From assembly GCA_965224085.1 (NCBI GenBank), contig CBDCYI010000004.1, positions 1,344,001 through 1,408,000 on the forward strand: 64,000 bases of DNA. The letters are read 5' to 3'. Source of the stretch: Candidatus Marinacidobacterales bacterium (GTDB lineage Bacteria > Acidobacteriota > Vicinamibacteria > Marinacidobacterales > SMYC01). Numbering within the stretch: the first letter of the stretch is position 1; every line of letters begins with the position of its first letter. Below the pieces are notes generated by a model, which saw only the letters and a program-made list of their open reading frames with translations, searched no databases and was not told the origin of the DNA. The position numbers were made by a program, and so were the translations under genes. Shown here piece by piece: positions 1-9,914 of the stretch.

Positions 1-1
1 T

Positions 2-202
2 CGCAACGCGTATCGACCGGCCGCAATCGGAGGTGAGACAGAAAGCGTGGTCGACCTGGATCAAGCGGAACTCTCTGCAGAGGAGCTCTTGTCGCAATAT
101 TGCGCCGTCGTCTACGCACGCACCGGAAGCTATGTCGAAACGGCGCGAAAGCTCGGTCTAGACCGCCGCACGGTGAAGAGCAAAGTAAGAAGCATTTCGT
201 AA
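2..202 (+). CDS. 3' end of a sigma54-dependent/Fis-type HTH regulator (partial, window edge)
   Basis: Frame 2 reads ...ELLSQYCAVVYARTGSYVETARKLGLDRRTVKSKVRSIS*, a typical C-terminal Fis-like HTH. Confidence 0.7.
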   Translation, partial: RNAYRPAAIGGETESVVDLDQAELSAEELLSQYCAVVYARTGSYVETARKLGLDRRTVKSKVRSIS

Positions 203-239
203 GCGGCGGCCGGTCTAGGACCGACTGAGGGCCGAGAGC

Positions 240-953
240 TCAGAATTTCTTTTTCCCTGCCTCCGCAAGCTCTTGCTCGAGCTCTTCGAGCCTCTCTTCA
301 ACTTCTTCCATACGCTCTTGAATCGCTCCGAAATCGAGGGCACGAAACCGCTTCAAACGTTCCTGCCATTCCTCGCTTTCGAAACGATCCTCGAGGCCTT
401 TCATCGCTTCTCGAAACGCTTCGAAAGACTCGCCATCGAGGTGAAGACCGGGCGTGGAAACGAAGACTTCGTGATCGGCGTCCTTATCCATGTCCCCGAA
501 AAAGCGATAGCCTCCCGCGAGGTCGAGCACTGGCCGCTCGCGCTTCGCGATAGTGACGGGATAGCTCTCGAGACCACCATTGCGATAGAGCTCGATGGTG
601 ACCGCATCGCCTTCGTCCTTCTTCCGGATGTGTCGCGAAAGCTGCCGTGCGCTCGCGACCGCCTCACCGTCAACGGCAGAGAGGATATCGCCGACCTGGA
701 TGCCGGCAGCTTCGGCGGGGCCGCCTTCCTCGACACGCGACACGAGAACGCCCACGTCGTCGGGGGCGCCGAAATGGGCACGCAGCTCGGGCGTCATCGG
801 GGTGACTTGAACACCGATGAAGCCTCGCCCCGCGTCGTGCCAACTAAACGTGAAATTCGCTCCGTCGTGCTCTTGCTCCGGTTCTTGCGCGACACCCACA
901 CCGGTATTGAGAACACACGTCAAAAGAATTGCCCCATATCGGATTCGTTGCAT
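240..953 (-). CDS. Secreted PDZ-domain protein with coiled-coil tail, no protease domain
   Basis: Signal peptide; GFIGVQVTPMT...GVLVSRVEEGGPAEAAGIQVGDIL PDZ motif; GAAGGAGA RBS. Confidence 0.85.
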   Translation of the reverse strand: MQRIRYGAILLTCVLNTGVGVAQEPEQEHDGANFTFSWHDAGRGFIGVQVTPMTPELRAHFGAPDDVGVLVSRVEEGGPAEAAGIQVGDILSAVDGEAVASARQLSRHIRKKDEGDAVTIELYRNGGLESYPVTIAKRERPVLDLAGGYRFFGDMDKDADHEVFVSTPGLHLDGESFEAFREAMKGLEDRFESEEWQERLKRFRALDFGAIQERMEEVEERLEELEQELAEAGKKKF

Positions 954-966
954 TAGTTTGTCTCCT

Positions 967-1401
967 TCAACGCGGCGAGTGCGAGACCGGCTCCGCCCGG
1001 CGCTCGCTTCGCTCATCTGCAAGTACTCTCAAGTCGAAAATGAAATCCATCCGCTCCGTGCCGCCGAGCTCGAGAACAGGTTCGACATCCGAAGTCAAAC
1101 GGCGCAATCGGTCCAGCTCGCTGCGGAGCTCGCGATACTCGTTTTGCATCTGTTCGAGGTTCTCCGCCGCGCGCACTTGCTCGCGACGCTCGCTGCGCAC
1201 CATCTGCCCGACCCAAATGCCCACCGCGACCGCGGCCGCCACCGCCCAGGTCGTCCGCGCCCCCCACGCCGTCCGGCGCGGCGGCGCGGCGGCGAGCTTC
1301 GCAAGAACCTTATCCGTGAAATCCGAGGATGCGTCCTGTCGCGACATATCCTTGAGAAGGCGACCCAGTTCCTCGTCATGTAGCGGGTGCAGCTCGGTCA
1401 T
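967..1401 (-). CDS. Putative single-TM anti-sigma factor
   Basis: ATGA overlap with the sigma stop; ASSDFTDKVLAKL followed by a TM segment and coiled coil. Confidence 0.7.
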   Translation of the reverse strand: MTELHPLHDEELGRLLKDMSRQDASSDFTDKVLAKLAAAPPRRTAWGARTTWAVAAAVAVGIWVGQMVRSERREQVRAAENLEQMQNEYRELRSELDRLRRLTSDVEPVLELGGTERMDFIFDLRVLADERSERRAEPVSHSPR

Positions 1402-1964
1402 CCTCGACCTCCGTTCCAATAAGGCTCCAAAAGACGGCGGAGCTCCTCGCGACCTCGATGTATCCGGGATTTGACCGTCCCTTCGCGACAGTTCAAAGCG
1501 CTCGCGATATCCCGGTAGGACCAACCCTCCATCTCTCGCAATACCAGCGGCGAGCGGTACCGCAGCGTCACCCCGGCGAGAGCTTCGGACACGCGCAGGC
1601 CCACTTCTTTGCGGAGAAGCTCCTCCTGCGGGCTCGTCCCGTTTTCGCTGCGATGGTGGCCATTGCCGGAAAACATGTGTAAAAGGACCTCCCGGCGGCG
1701 TTTTTTGCGATCTTCAGACCGCAGCAAGTTCGTCGCGATGCGGAAAAGAAAGGGGACGAGCTGCCCGCGCTCTTCGTAGCGATCCGCCGACTCGAACAAG
1801 CGGATGAAAGTGTCCTGCGCAAGCTCTTCCGCCCGATCACGATCTCGCGTGAGAGTCGATAAGTAGTTGACTAGCCTATGCTTATGCCGATCCACAAGAA
1901 CGGCGAACGCCCCCCGATCGCCGATCTGCACCCGGCTCATCAACTCCGCGTCACCATCCGCCAT
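1398..1964 (-). CDS. ECF (sigma-70 group 4) RNA polymerase sigma factor
   Basis: AEELAQDTFIRL (region 2); LREMEGWSYRDIASALNCREGTVKSRIHRGR (region 4). Confidence 0.93.
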   Translation of the reverse strand: MADGDAELMSRVQIGDRGAFAVLVDRHKHRLVNYLSTLTRDRDRAEELAQDTFIRLFESADRYEERGQLVPFLFRIATNLLRSEDRKKRRREVLLHMFSGNGHHRSENGTSPQEELLRKEVGLRVSEALAGVTLRYRSPLVLREMEGWSYRDIASALNCREGTVKSRIHRGREELRRLLEPYWNGGRG

Positions 1965-2062
1965 TATTAGAGGATCAACGCGCGAGACCGCAGAAAGTTC
2001 CGGAGGCCCTTGCATTTTCACGAATCGGTTTTCATGGTATAATTTCGTGCCCTCCAGCCCCA

Positions 2063-2155
2063 TAATTAATAGCGGTTTGCAGGAATCGAGCGAAGCACGG
2101 CGTTACGCGAGGCACGATGCTTGTAGAGCGAGCATTCGTGCAAACCGTAATTGAA
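2063..2155. repeat. 93-bp imperfect palindrome, identical (reverse complement) to 35263-35355
   Basis: Arms AATAGCGGTTTGCAGGAAT / ATTCGTGCAAACCGTAATT pair at 16 of 19 positions; second copy found by direct comparison. Confidence 0.85.
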
Positions 2156-2742
2156 CTGAGCGGGTGCGCTCCATCGCCTAAAGGCGATGGGTTCGCGGGC
2201 GACTAAAGTCGCCTAAAGGCGCACGGCGGAGGATTACTCGCTTACCCTGAACGACTCGTCGTCTTCCGGCAGCTCTCCTTGCAGCTCGATGTACTTGGCC
2301 ACAACCTCATCGGTCACGTTTCCGCTCGTCGCTACAAAATAGCCGCGCGCCCACAGGTGCCGACCCCAAAACTTCTTGCGGATCGCTCGAAAATCACGCA
2401 TCAGCTTGTGCGATGTCTTCCCCTTGATCGCCTGCATTACTCGGCTCGGCGACAGCCGTGGCGGCACGCTCAGCAACAGATGAACGTGCTCTGGCCGTAC
2501 ATGGCCCTTCAGTATTTCTATGTGGTGCGTCGCACAGATCTCTCTTATCAACTCCCGCAGGCGAAGTGCTACATCTCCTCTCAATACCGGCTTGCGGTAC
2601 TTCGGGATGAATACGAAATGGTAGTTTAATTGATACGTCGTGTGCGATGATTTCCGATATCCTTTCATCCGGGGATCGTACCGCAAGCCTCCTAAAGGCT
2701 TCGCCTGAAGGCGAGGGGTTTCAACCATCCCCGAGTGAGACA
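2156..2742 (-). mobile_element. IS200-type (tnpA-only) insertion sequence
   Basis: Subterminal hairpins (CCATCGCCTAAAGGCGATGG etc.); inserted 3' of TTAG and ends in TCAG; removing it restores TTGAACTAAGCCGC as at 35254-35267. Confidence 0.9.
2234..2668 (-). CDS. tnpA: IS200/IS605 family Y1 transposase
   Basis: YHFVFIPKYRK, HUH motif EHVHLL, LWARGYF, catalytic YIELQ. Confidence 0.95.
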   Translation of the reverse strand: MKGYRKSSHTTYQLNYHFVFIPKYRKPVLRGDVALRLRELIREICATHHIEILKGHVRPEHVHLLLSVPPRLSPSRVMQAIKGKTSHKLMRDFRAIRKKFWGRHLWARGYFVATSGNVTDEVVAKYIELQGELPEDDESFRVSE

Positions 2743-2978
2743 CTAAGCCGCCCAGCTAGCGGCAACTATGCATAAATTGGAGTGAGAAGACGGTCGGACA
2801 GGAAGTCGGAGTTGGACGTCAGGGAGTTGCGAATCGACAGAGATATGGCGGGGAAGATAGAAGAAGGGCCTACCCGGTGCGGTAACCACCACGGTAGCGT
2901 TATGAGTTCGCGACGAGACACACGAGTCCGTTTCAACGACCGGTCGGCGTTGTGAGAGGCGGAGCGAAAGCATCGTGA

Positions 2979-4226
2979 TCATGACTCATCTGGAGGGGAG
3001 CGGATCTGGAGGTTGATCCGTCGAAGCTTCGTGGAGAGAGGGCATCGGAGCATGCGACCTTTCTTGCAGCGGGGACAGATGGTGAGGTCGATGCCGGTGA
3101 GCTCCTTGAGCCGCTCGCGCCAGTCCTTGTCCTCGGTGGCACGCGAGCTGACTTGCACGTCGTCGGCGTCGGTCGTGGGTTTTGTTTTCTCATCGAGCAA
3201 CTGGCGCGCGACTACGAGCTTGGTGGTCGCATTGGAGGAGGCCATTAAGCCGAAATGGCGAATCTTGACGAAACCTTTCGGCAGTACGTGCAGGAGGAAA
3301 CGGCGGATAAATTCCTCTGGGGGGACGGTAACGGTATTACCATTCTTGGTGGCGAAGCAGACGCCGTAGTGGTCGATGCGAATGAGTCGGCGGTTGGAGA
3401 TGCCGACCCGGTGGGTATATCGGCCGAGGTAGTTGAAAACCTGCTCTGGGCCACCGAAGGGTCGTTTGCTGTAAACGACCCAATCGATGCGGTAGAGCTT
3501 GTCTTTCAGCTCCCGGAAGCGAGGTGGGTTTCTGAGGTGGGAAGCGTTTGCGCTCAACTCAAGCTCATCTTGGTCGTAAGCGAGCCTAAGGGCATCGAGA
3601 AACTTGCTGCGAAAAAGCCGCGACATGGCCTTGACGGGAAACAGAAAGCGAGGGTTTGCGGCGTTCCACAGCTGCTGAGGGTGGTTGAGCCCGCCCCCGG
3701 AGACGATGCAATGCAGGTGTGGATGGAACAGGAGCTTCCGGGTCCAGGTGTGCAGTACGGCGGTGAAGGCAAGTTGAGCTTCGAGCCGGCTTTGGCCGAA
3801 CTCCAATAGAGTTCGCGAGGCGGCGCGAAACAGGAGGTTGAACATGAACTTGGGATTGTCTCGGGCGAGAGGCTTGAGTTGCTGCGGGAGGGTGAAAACG
3901 ACGTGGAAATAGTGAGTCGGAAGAATCCTCTGAGCTCGCTGCTCCATCCACTTCGCCTGGGCTAGGCTCTGACACTTGGGACAGTGCCGATTGCGGCACG
4001 AGTTAAACGAAGGCGCCGCGTATCCGCAAGCGTTACACACGTCGAGATGGCCACCTAGCACCGCCGTGCGACAGTTCTCTATAGCCCACATCACCTTGCG
4101 CTGCTCGGCTGTCAGCGCATGGGTTTGGCGAAAGCGTGGACCATGTTCGCGGAAGATTTCCGCGATCTCGAGCAGTGGCCGTGGTGGTGACTCGACGCGG
4201 GAAGGACACAGCCCATGGGGCTGCAT
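2979..4226 (-). CDS. IS91 family (Y2 HUH, zinc-binding) transposase
   Basis: SCRNRHCPKCQ Zn motif, HVVFTLP, FHPHLHCIV (HUH), YLGRYTHRV (YxxxY), KIRHFG. Confidence 0.95.
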   Translation of the reverse strand: MQPHGLCPSRVESPPRPLLEIAEIFREHGPRFRQTHALTAEQRKVMWAIENCRTAVLGGHLDVCNACGYAAPSFNSCRNRHCPKCQSLAQAKWMEQRAQRILPTHYFHVVFTLPQQLKPLARDNPKFMFNLLFRAASRTLLEFGQSRLEAQLAFTAVLHTWTRKLLFHPHLHCIVSGGGLNHPQQLWNAANPRFLFPVKAMSRLFRSKFLDALRLAYDQDELELSANASHLRNPPRFRELKDKLYRIDWVVYSKRPFGGPEQVFNYLGRYTHRVGISNRRLIRIDHYGVCFATKNGNTVTVPPEEFIRRFLLHVLPKGFVKIRHFGLMASSNATTKLVVARQLLDEKTKPTTDADDVQVSSRATEDKDWRERLKELTGIDLTICPRCKKGRMLRCPLSTKLRRINLQIRSPPDES

Positions 4227-4232
4227 GATGAG

Positions 4233-4488
4233 CTAGCCGAGCTTTTTGCCCTTCTTCGTTCCCAGCAAATCGAGAGGGCTCTTGATGCGCCCCAAGTGCT
4301 TTGCTGTTACCTTTGTGTAACGGGCCGTGGTCTGGATGGAGGCATGACCGAGCAGTTGCTGCACGGTACGAATGTCTTCACCCAGTTCGAGCATATGTGT
4401 GGCAAAACCGTGGCGCAGCGAATGAGGAGTGATACGTTTGGTGAGCCCCGCCTCAGCCACGGCCTTACGAAGAGCCCAGCGAACGCCA
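4233..4488 (-). pseudogene. 3' fragment of tyrosine recombinase
   Basis: [10 protein letters not shown]...LLGH...TARY; identical to the end of 10557-11417; identity stops at 4488. Confidence 0.9.
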
Positions 4489-4537
4489 GGAGGGCGAGCC
4501 CATTACCGACCTAGAGTTCGGGTCGCCGCGGCCATCC

Positions 4538-6241
4538 TTGCTCTCGGTCTTCGGATGGGTAGCGGCACGCTCCGACTCGATCTCGGACATGGCCTGGGCG
4601 CCGGACAGCTCCGCGATTTACTTCGTCGCTCCCGATCCGCCGAGCGACGAAGAAAAGCGGTTCGCCGATTTGGGAGATGACGTGTTTGCGTTCAACGAGA
4701 ACTACAAGCATTGGCGCCTGTGGAGGGCGGCTATTCCCAGCGGGACAGTCGAACGGGTCACCGAGGGGGATTACTCGATACTCGGCTACCAGCTATCCCG
4801 GGACGGGAAGAAGATCGTCCATCACCGGGCGCCGACGCCACTCTACCAGGACCCGCATCGGAGCGAAGTGTGGGTGATGGACGCGGATGGAGGAAACGCG
4901 CTCCAGCTCACTGACAACGAGGTGCCCGAGGGCTCTGGCTGCTGCGGCGCCGGAGGAGCGCAGCTCTCTCCGGACAACGAACAAGTTCTGTTCCTAGCGA
5001 AGGCCAACCAGGGATTCGAGTACTACTACAAGAGCAGTTTATTCCTCGTCCCCGCCTCGGGCGGCGAGGCGCGGCTTTTGCTCCCTGACCTGCCCTATGA
5101 GCTTGGGGCGGCGCACTGGTCGGAAAATGGAGACGCCATCTTTCTCCTGGCGAACATGGGCGTGCGCAGTGAGCTTTTCGAGCTCGATTTGGCCACCGAA
5201 GAGCTACGGCAGCTCACCGACGGGAAGCATTCGATCAGGTCGTGGGGCCTCGAGCTCTCTTCCGACCGACACGTGCTGACCATTGCCCAGCCGGACAACC
5301 CCGGCGACGTGTGGCTGCTACCGGTGGGCGAGAGCGGGGCATCTCCGACTCGATTGACGCACATCTTCGACTACCTCGCACGCGATTTCGAGCTGCCTCG
5401 GCAGGAGAAGATCGCGTGGAAGGGCGTGGACGGCGTAACGGTCGAGGGCTTGCTGGACTATCCATTGAATTTTGACGAGGGAAAGACTTATCCCCTCGTG
5501 CTGCAGTCCCACGGCGGCATGGCTAGCTCGGATAAATACGGCTTCGGGCGTTGGAGCAGTTACATTCAGGTGCTTACCGCCCGAGGTTATGCCGTGTTGA
5601 GAACCAACTATCGCGGCAGCGGCGGATACGGAGACGAGTTTCAACGGGACATGCTCGGGCACTACTTCAACAAGTCGCACCTGGACGTGATGGCGGGCGC
5701 GGACCACTTGATCGAGCTGGGCATCGCCGACCCCGACCGTATGATCAAGAGGGGATGGAGCGCGGGCGGCTACATGACCAACAAGATCATCACCTTCACC
5801 GACCGTTTCAAGGCGGCCTCTTCGGGCGCGGGGATGGTGAACTGGGCCTCTTTCTATTCGCAAAGCGATATCCGCCATTTTCGAGATGATTGGCTGGGGG
5901 GGTCGCCGTGGCAGAAGGATGCTCCCATCGACAACATCTGGGAGCAGTCGCCGCTCAGTCACGTCTCCAACGTCAAGACGCCAACCATCATCTTCGTAGG
6001 AGAGAATGACGTTCGGGTGCCCCCGGAGCAGTCGATCGAGCTCTATCGTGCTCTCGAATTCAACGGGGTTCCCACCCGGCTCTACATCGCGCCTCGTGAG
6101 CCACACGGCTGGCGCGAGCTTCGCCACCGCCTGTTCAAGATGAACGTGGAGCTAGAGTGGTTCGAGAAATACGCGATGGGACGGGAATACGAGTGGGAGA
6201 AGGTGCCGGAGGCGGTTGACAGCAGGACGTCCTCGCCGTAG
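4538..6241 (+). CDS. S9 family peptidase (dipeptidyl aminopeptidase/acylaminoacyl peptidase), probably N-terminally truncated
   Basis: Beta-propeller repeats; GWSAGG nucleophile, GENDVRVP, EPHG triad. Confidence 0.88.
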   Translation: MLSVFGWVAARSDSISDMAWAPDSSAIYFVAPDPPSDEEKRFADLGDDVFAFNENYKHWRLWRAAIPSGTVERVTEGDYSILGYQLSRDGKKIVHHRAPTPLYQDPHRSEVWVMDADGGNALQLTDNEVPEGSGCCGAGGAQLSPDNEQVLFLAKANQGFEYYYKSSLFLVPASGGEARLLLPDLPYELGAAHWSENGDAIFLLANMGVRSELFELDLATEELRQLTDGKHSIRSWGLELSSDRHVLTIAQPDNPGDVWLLPVGESGASPTRLTHIFDYLARDFELPRQEKIAWKGVDGVTVEGLLDYPLNFDEGKTYPLVLQSHGGMASSDKYGFGRWSSYIQVLTARGYAVLRTNYRGSGGYGDEFQRDMLGHYFNKSHLDVMAGADHLIELGIADPDRMIKRGWSAGGYMTNKIITFTDRFKAASSGAGMVNWASFYSQSDIRHFRDDWLGGSPWQKDAPIDNIWEQSPLSHVSNVKTPTIIFVGENDVRVPPEQSIELYRALEFNGVPTRLYIAPREPHGWRELRHRLFKMNVELEWFEKYAMGREYEWEKVPEAVDSRTSSP

Positions 6242-6489
6242 ATCGGAGGAAATATCAGGACGGATCGGTCGGGTCATCCAAAACGAACGCACTTGGGGTC
6301 CAAAGCGGGTGACCATCCCGTGGTCGTGTGTCGCTGCAGCGGATAGACCGTTAAATATGAGACATTGTGCTTCTGCGCTCAGCTTTCGAAGTTGAAGTGA
6401 GCGACTCGCTTTTCAATACCCAGAGCTCCCGGACGTCGTTTCCCGGAGACCCTCATTTCCTTGCCGCTTGCTAACAAGCTCGCTGTCTT

Positions 6490-6640
6490 TCCAGGACCAT
6501 GAAGTCGGCGTCCTCCCCACATCGACGCTACCGATCCGATCCCCCATACCGATCACCTCGGCCGCGTTCAAAGTAACCATTTTCAGCGCTTCCTGCTCTG
6601 GCCCGCCGTTGCGGAAGGCCCAGGCCGCGTTGAGGGCGGG
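6490..6640 (-). pseudogene. Amidohydrolase C-terminal remnant
   Basis: EALKMVTLNAAEVIGMGDRIGSVDVG motif with no intact gene. Confidence 0.6.
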
Positions 6641-6949
6641 CTCGCCACCGAGGACTCCGGTGGGCGCATCACCCGGCGGCTGCCGTCGGTGCCGCGATCG
6701 TTTTGGCCTCGGCCAGGATGTCACCCATCTCATAGACGTCCCCGTGGCGATAAGTAGTCTTCACGGTCTTCCACTTTCAACGAAACGAGCCGGTATATTT
6801 TGACCACCCGCGAGGCATCTTCGGGCCGAGCGACTCCCGTTATTGCGGCAAGGCGTCGGCGCGGTTATGATGCGTCTGTCCCTCGTCGCGAACCAAGACC
6901 GCGAAGCCTCGAAAGCTTTTCTCGAGAGCTCTGCCGCTGGGAGAACCCT

Positions 6950-8152
6950 ATGAAGTCGTCCCGTTGAACCGTACTGAAGATGAGCCCCGGGTTTGCTGCC
7001 TTGGCATGGACGAAGCCTTCGCTAGCCGTGACGGAGTCCACCGAAAACGACTCACCCTTCGACCCCTGGGTCGAGCTTCACGTGGGCAACGTCCGCCACA
7101 ACGTTGGCGCCATCCGTCACAGGGTCGAGGGTCGTCCCATCCTCGCGGTGATCAAGAACAATGGCTAAGGAACCGGGGTGGCGGAGATCGGGAGCACTCT
7201 CGAGCCGCTCGAAGAGATCGCTGGACTGGCGGTCGTGAAGCTCCAAGAAGCGATGACCCTCAGAGACCGCGGCATTCGGAAGCCTGTCCTCCTCATGGGT
7301 CCCTATGATGAGAACGAGCTCGAGTTGGCGGCGGCCCACGACATCATGCCGATGGTCTATAGACCGATTGGCGACGAGCTCGATCGAGTCGCCGCCAAGC
7401 TGCAGAGGAAAGTCCCCATCCACATCTGTGTGGACACCGGCATGGGCCGGGTCGGGGCGCCCTATCGGGAGGCGGCTCCTTTGGTTCGCGACCTCGCAAG
7501 CCGATCGTCGATCGACATCGAGGGGATCATGATGACCTTTGCCGAGGTCGCCGAGTTCGATACGGTGCAGCACCGTCGTTTCCGCGAGCTTTGCGGCTCA
7601 CTAAAGTCCGAGGGCGCCCGACTCGGCCGCATGCACGCGGCTTCGAGTTTCGGTCTCTTCGAGAACTCTGACAGCTTCCTCGACATGGTGCGACCGGGCA
7701 TGGCTATTTTCGGCGTCTACTCCGAGGCGCATTTTCGGGAGATGGGGCTCGTCGATTTGCGGCCGGCGATGGCCCTGCGCGCCCGCGTGATTTATGTGAA
7801 GAAGCTCTCGAAAGGCGACAGCGTCGGGTACGGTCGCGCCTTCAAGGCGGAGCATGACGTCTGGGTCGCGACGCTACCGGTTGGACATGTCGACGGGTGG
7901 CCGCGCGCCGCGGCGAAAGGGGCTTCGGTCCGAATTGGGGGGAAACACTACCCCGTCATCGGTGCGGTGTCGGCGAGTCACACGATCGTCGAACTAGGAG
8001 CGGAGCCGTCCGTCTCCATCGGAGACGTGGCAACTTTCTTCGATTCGGAAACGGGCTCGCGTCCGGAAGACGTGGCGGCCGCCACGGGAACTTCCGTCTA
8101 CAATCTCGCCATGCACCTCAACCCGCTCCTTCCCAGGCGGACGGCCGGATAG
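6950..8152 (+). pseudogene. alr: Alanine racemase-family gene with Tat-like leader and two in-frame stops
   Basis: MKSSR*TVLK (TGA 6965); AVIKNNG*G (TAA 7166); VDTGMGRVG, DMVRPG and GYG motifs all in one frame. Confidence 0.85.
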
Positions 8153-8277
8153 GGTATGTCAGGGTGTGTCAAGGTGTGTCGCGGCATAGAGCCTGAACTA
8201 CTTGCACCTGCCCTCCTAGAATTGTCTCCAACGAAAAAAAGACCGTCGGCGTGCACGGATTCTTAAGAGAGCAGGCA

Positions 8278-9897
8278 ATGAGCACCGTCGCAACGGAATT
8301 GGTCGACTCACTCAAGGCGCTTGGCGTTCGACATGTCTTCGGTGTGCCAAGTGGCGGCTGGGTCGACTACATGGAAGCCATACGGCAGACAGACGGGATC
8401 GAGTTCGTTCTGACCAGTCATGAGGGCGGCGCATCCTTTATGGCGGATGTCTGCGGACGCCTGACCGGCGTTCCTGGCATATGCTTCGGCACTTTTGGTC
8501 CGGGCGCAACGAATCTGAGCACCGGTGTCGGGGGGGCGCTTCTCGACCGCTCGCCGATGATTGCGTTGACTGACGAGATGCCCGAGAGCCTTCGCGGACG
8601 CACCGTGCAGATGGCCATCGATCATCAAGCTTTGTTCCAGCCACTGACGAAGAAAACTACCTGTCTGAAGCCCGATCGCGTCCGCAGCATAATGTTCGAT
8701 GCGGCGAGGGAGGCTCTTTCGAATCGCCCGGGACCGGTGCATATAGGACTTCCCGTCGGCATGAGCGCCGAGACAGCAAATTCCGAGACACTGGATACTC
8801 CTTCAGCCGCTCCGCATCCGGCGCCTGATGCCGAACTTCTCGAAGAAGCGGCGCGATTGCTGTCGAAAGCACAACGGCCGATTCTAGCCATAGGCCTCGG
8901 CGCAACCAAGGCGGACGTCGGCTCGGAGCTGCTCGCATTCGCGAATCGTCTGCGGATACCGGTTGTGCTCACGCCGATGGCGAAGGGCATGGTGCCCGAA
9001 GACCATCCCTGTTATGCGGGGGTCCTGTTTCATGCGCTTTGCGACCGGGTGGGCGAGACCCATCAACAAGCAGACCTGGTTCTTGCCGTCGGCTATGACC
9101 CGGTCGAGTTCAACTACGAGTCGTGGCTGCCGGCGGCGCCCTTGATAAGCATCGATACCGAACCGGCCGATATCGACCCGCGGTCTTGCGATCTTGCGTG
9201 CGATATCGTCGGTGACATCGAAAAGTCGGTGCACTATCTGGCAGCCGTCAAGGCGGACCCGAAAAGCTGGGATCTCGATGCGCTGCAAGCACGCCGCGAG
9301 TCCGTATTCGCGGCCATGACGCCGCCAAATGAACAACTTGGTCCCTGTGCCACTCTCGATGTCTTGCGCGAGGTGCTCCCGGACGATGGCATCATGACCT
9401 GCGATGTCGGGGCGCACACCCACCTGATTGGTCAGAAATGGCGAACGCCCGCTCCCGGCCTCCAGATCATGACCAACGGCTGGTCCGCCATGGGCTTCGG
9501 GATTCCATCAGCCATCGCAGCGAAACTGTGTCGACCCGAGAGAGCCGTCTGCACCGTCGTCGGTGATGGCGGATTCCTGATGACCTGCGGCGAGATCGCC
9601 ACCGCGGTGCGCGAGAAACTCAACGTCGTCATTCTGCTGCTTACCGACAACGATCTCGCGCTGGTCAGAATCAAACAGCAGAGGAAGAACAATCCTGTCT
9701 ACGGCACGCCGATTCGGAGCGAAGGTGCTATCGGCGGCGAGAATATTCTTGGTGCGCCGGTGCGCCAGGCACGAGATGCCGTGGAGCTCGGTACCGCCCT
9801 CGAGAACGCATTCGCGCAGGACGGCCCGGTTATCGTCGAGGTAATCGTCAACAGCCGCGAGTATGACGACCTCGTGCTGAAAAAAAACAAGGCCTAG
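8278..9897 (+). CDS. Thiamine-pyrophosphate-dependent enzyme (acetolactate synthase large subunit-like)
   Basis: HVFGVP, SHEGGASFMA, GPGATN, GDGGFLM TPP motif. Confidence 0.9.
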   Translation: MSTVATELVDSLKALGVRHVFGVPSGGWVDYMEAIRQTDGIEFVLTSHEGGASFMADVCGRLTGVPGICFGTFGPGATNLSTGVGGALLDRSPMIALTDEMPESLRGRTVQMAIDHQALFQPLTKKTTCLKPDRVRSIMFDAAREALSNRPGPVHIGLPVGMSAETANSETLDTPSAAPHPAPDAELLEEAARLLSKAQRPILAIGLGATKADVGSELLAFANRLRIPVVLTPMAKGMVPEDHPCYAGVLFHALCDRVGETHQQADLVLAVGYDPVEFNYESWLPAAPLISIDTEPADIDPRSCDLACDIVGDIEKSVHYLAAVKADPKSWDLDALQARRESVFAAMTPPNEQLGPCATLDVLREVLPDDGIMTCDVGAHTHLIGQKWRTPAPGLQIMTNGWSAMGFGIPSAIAAKLCRPERAVCTVVGDGGFLMTCGEIATAVREKLNVVILLLTDNDLALVRIKQQRKNNPVYGTPIRSEGAIGGENILGAPVRQARDAVELGTALENAFAQDGPVIVEVIVNSREYDDLVLKKNKA

Positions 9898-9914
9898 TCT
9901 TGACTCACCTGGCA

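Larger units (their letters stand above)
2743..4488 (-). mobile_element. Integrase + IS91-type element, copy A (right end, full transposase, 3' third of integrase)
   Basis: Identical to 11162-11592 and to 34643-35262 over the overlaps. Confidence 0.9.
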
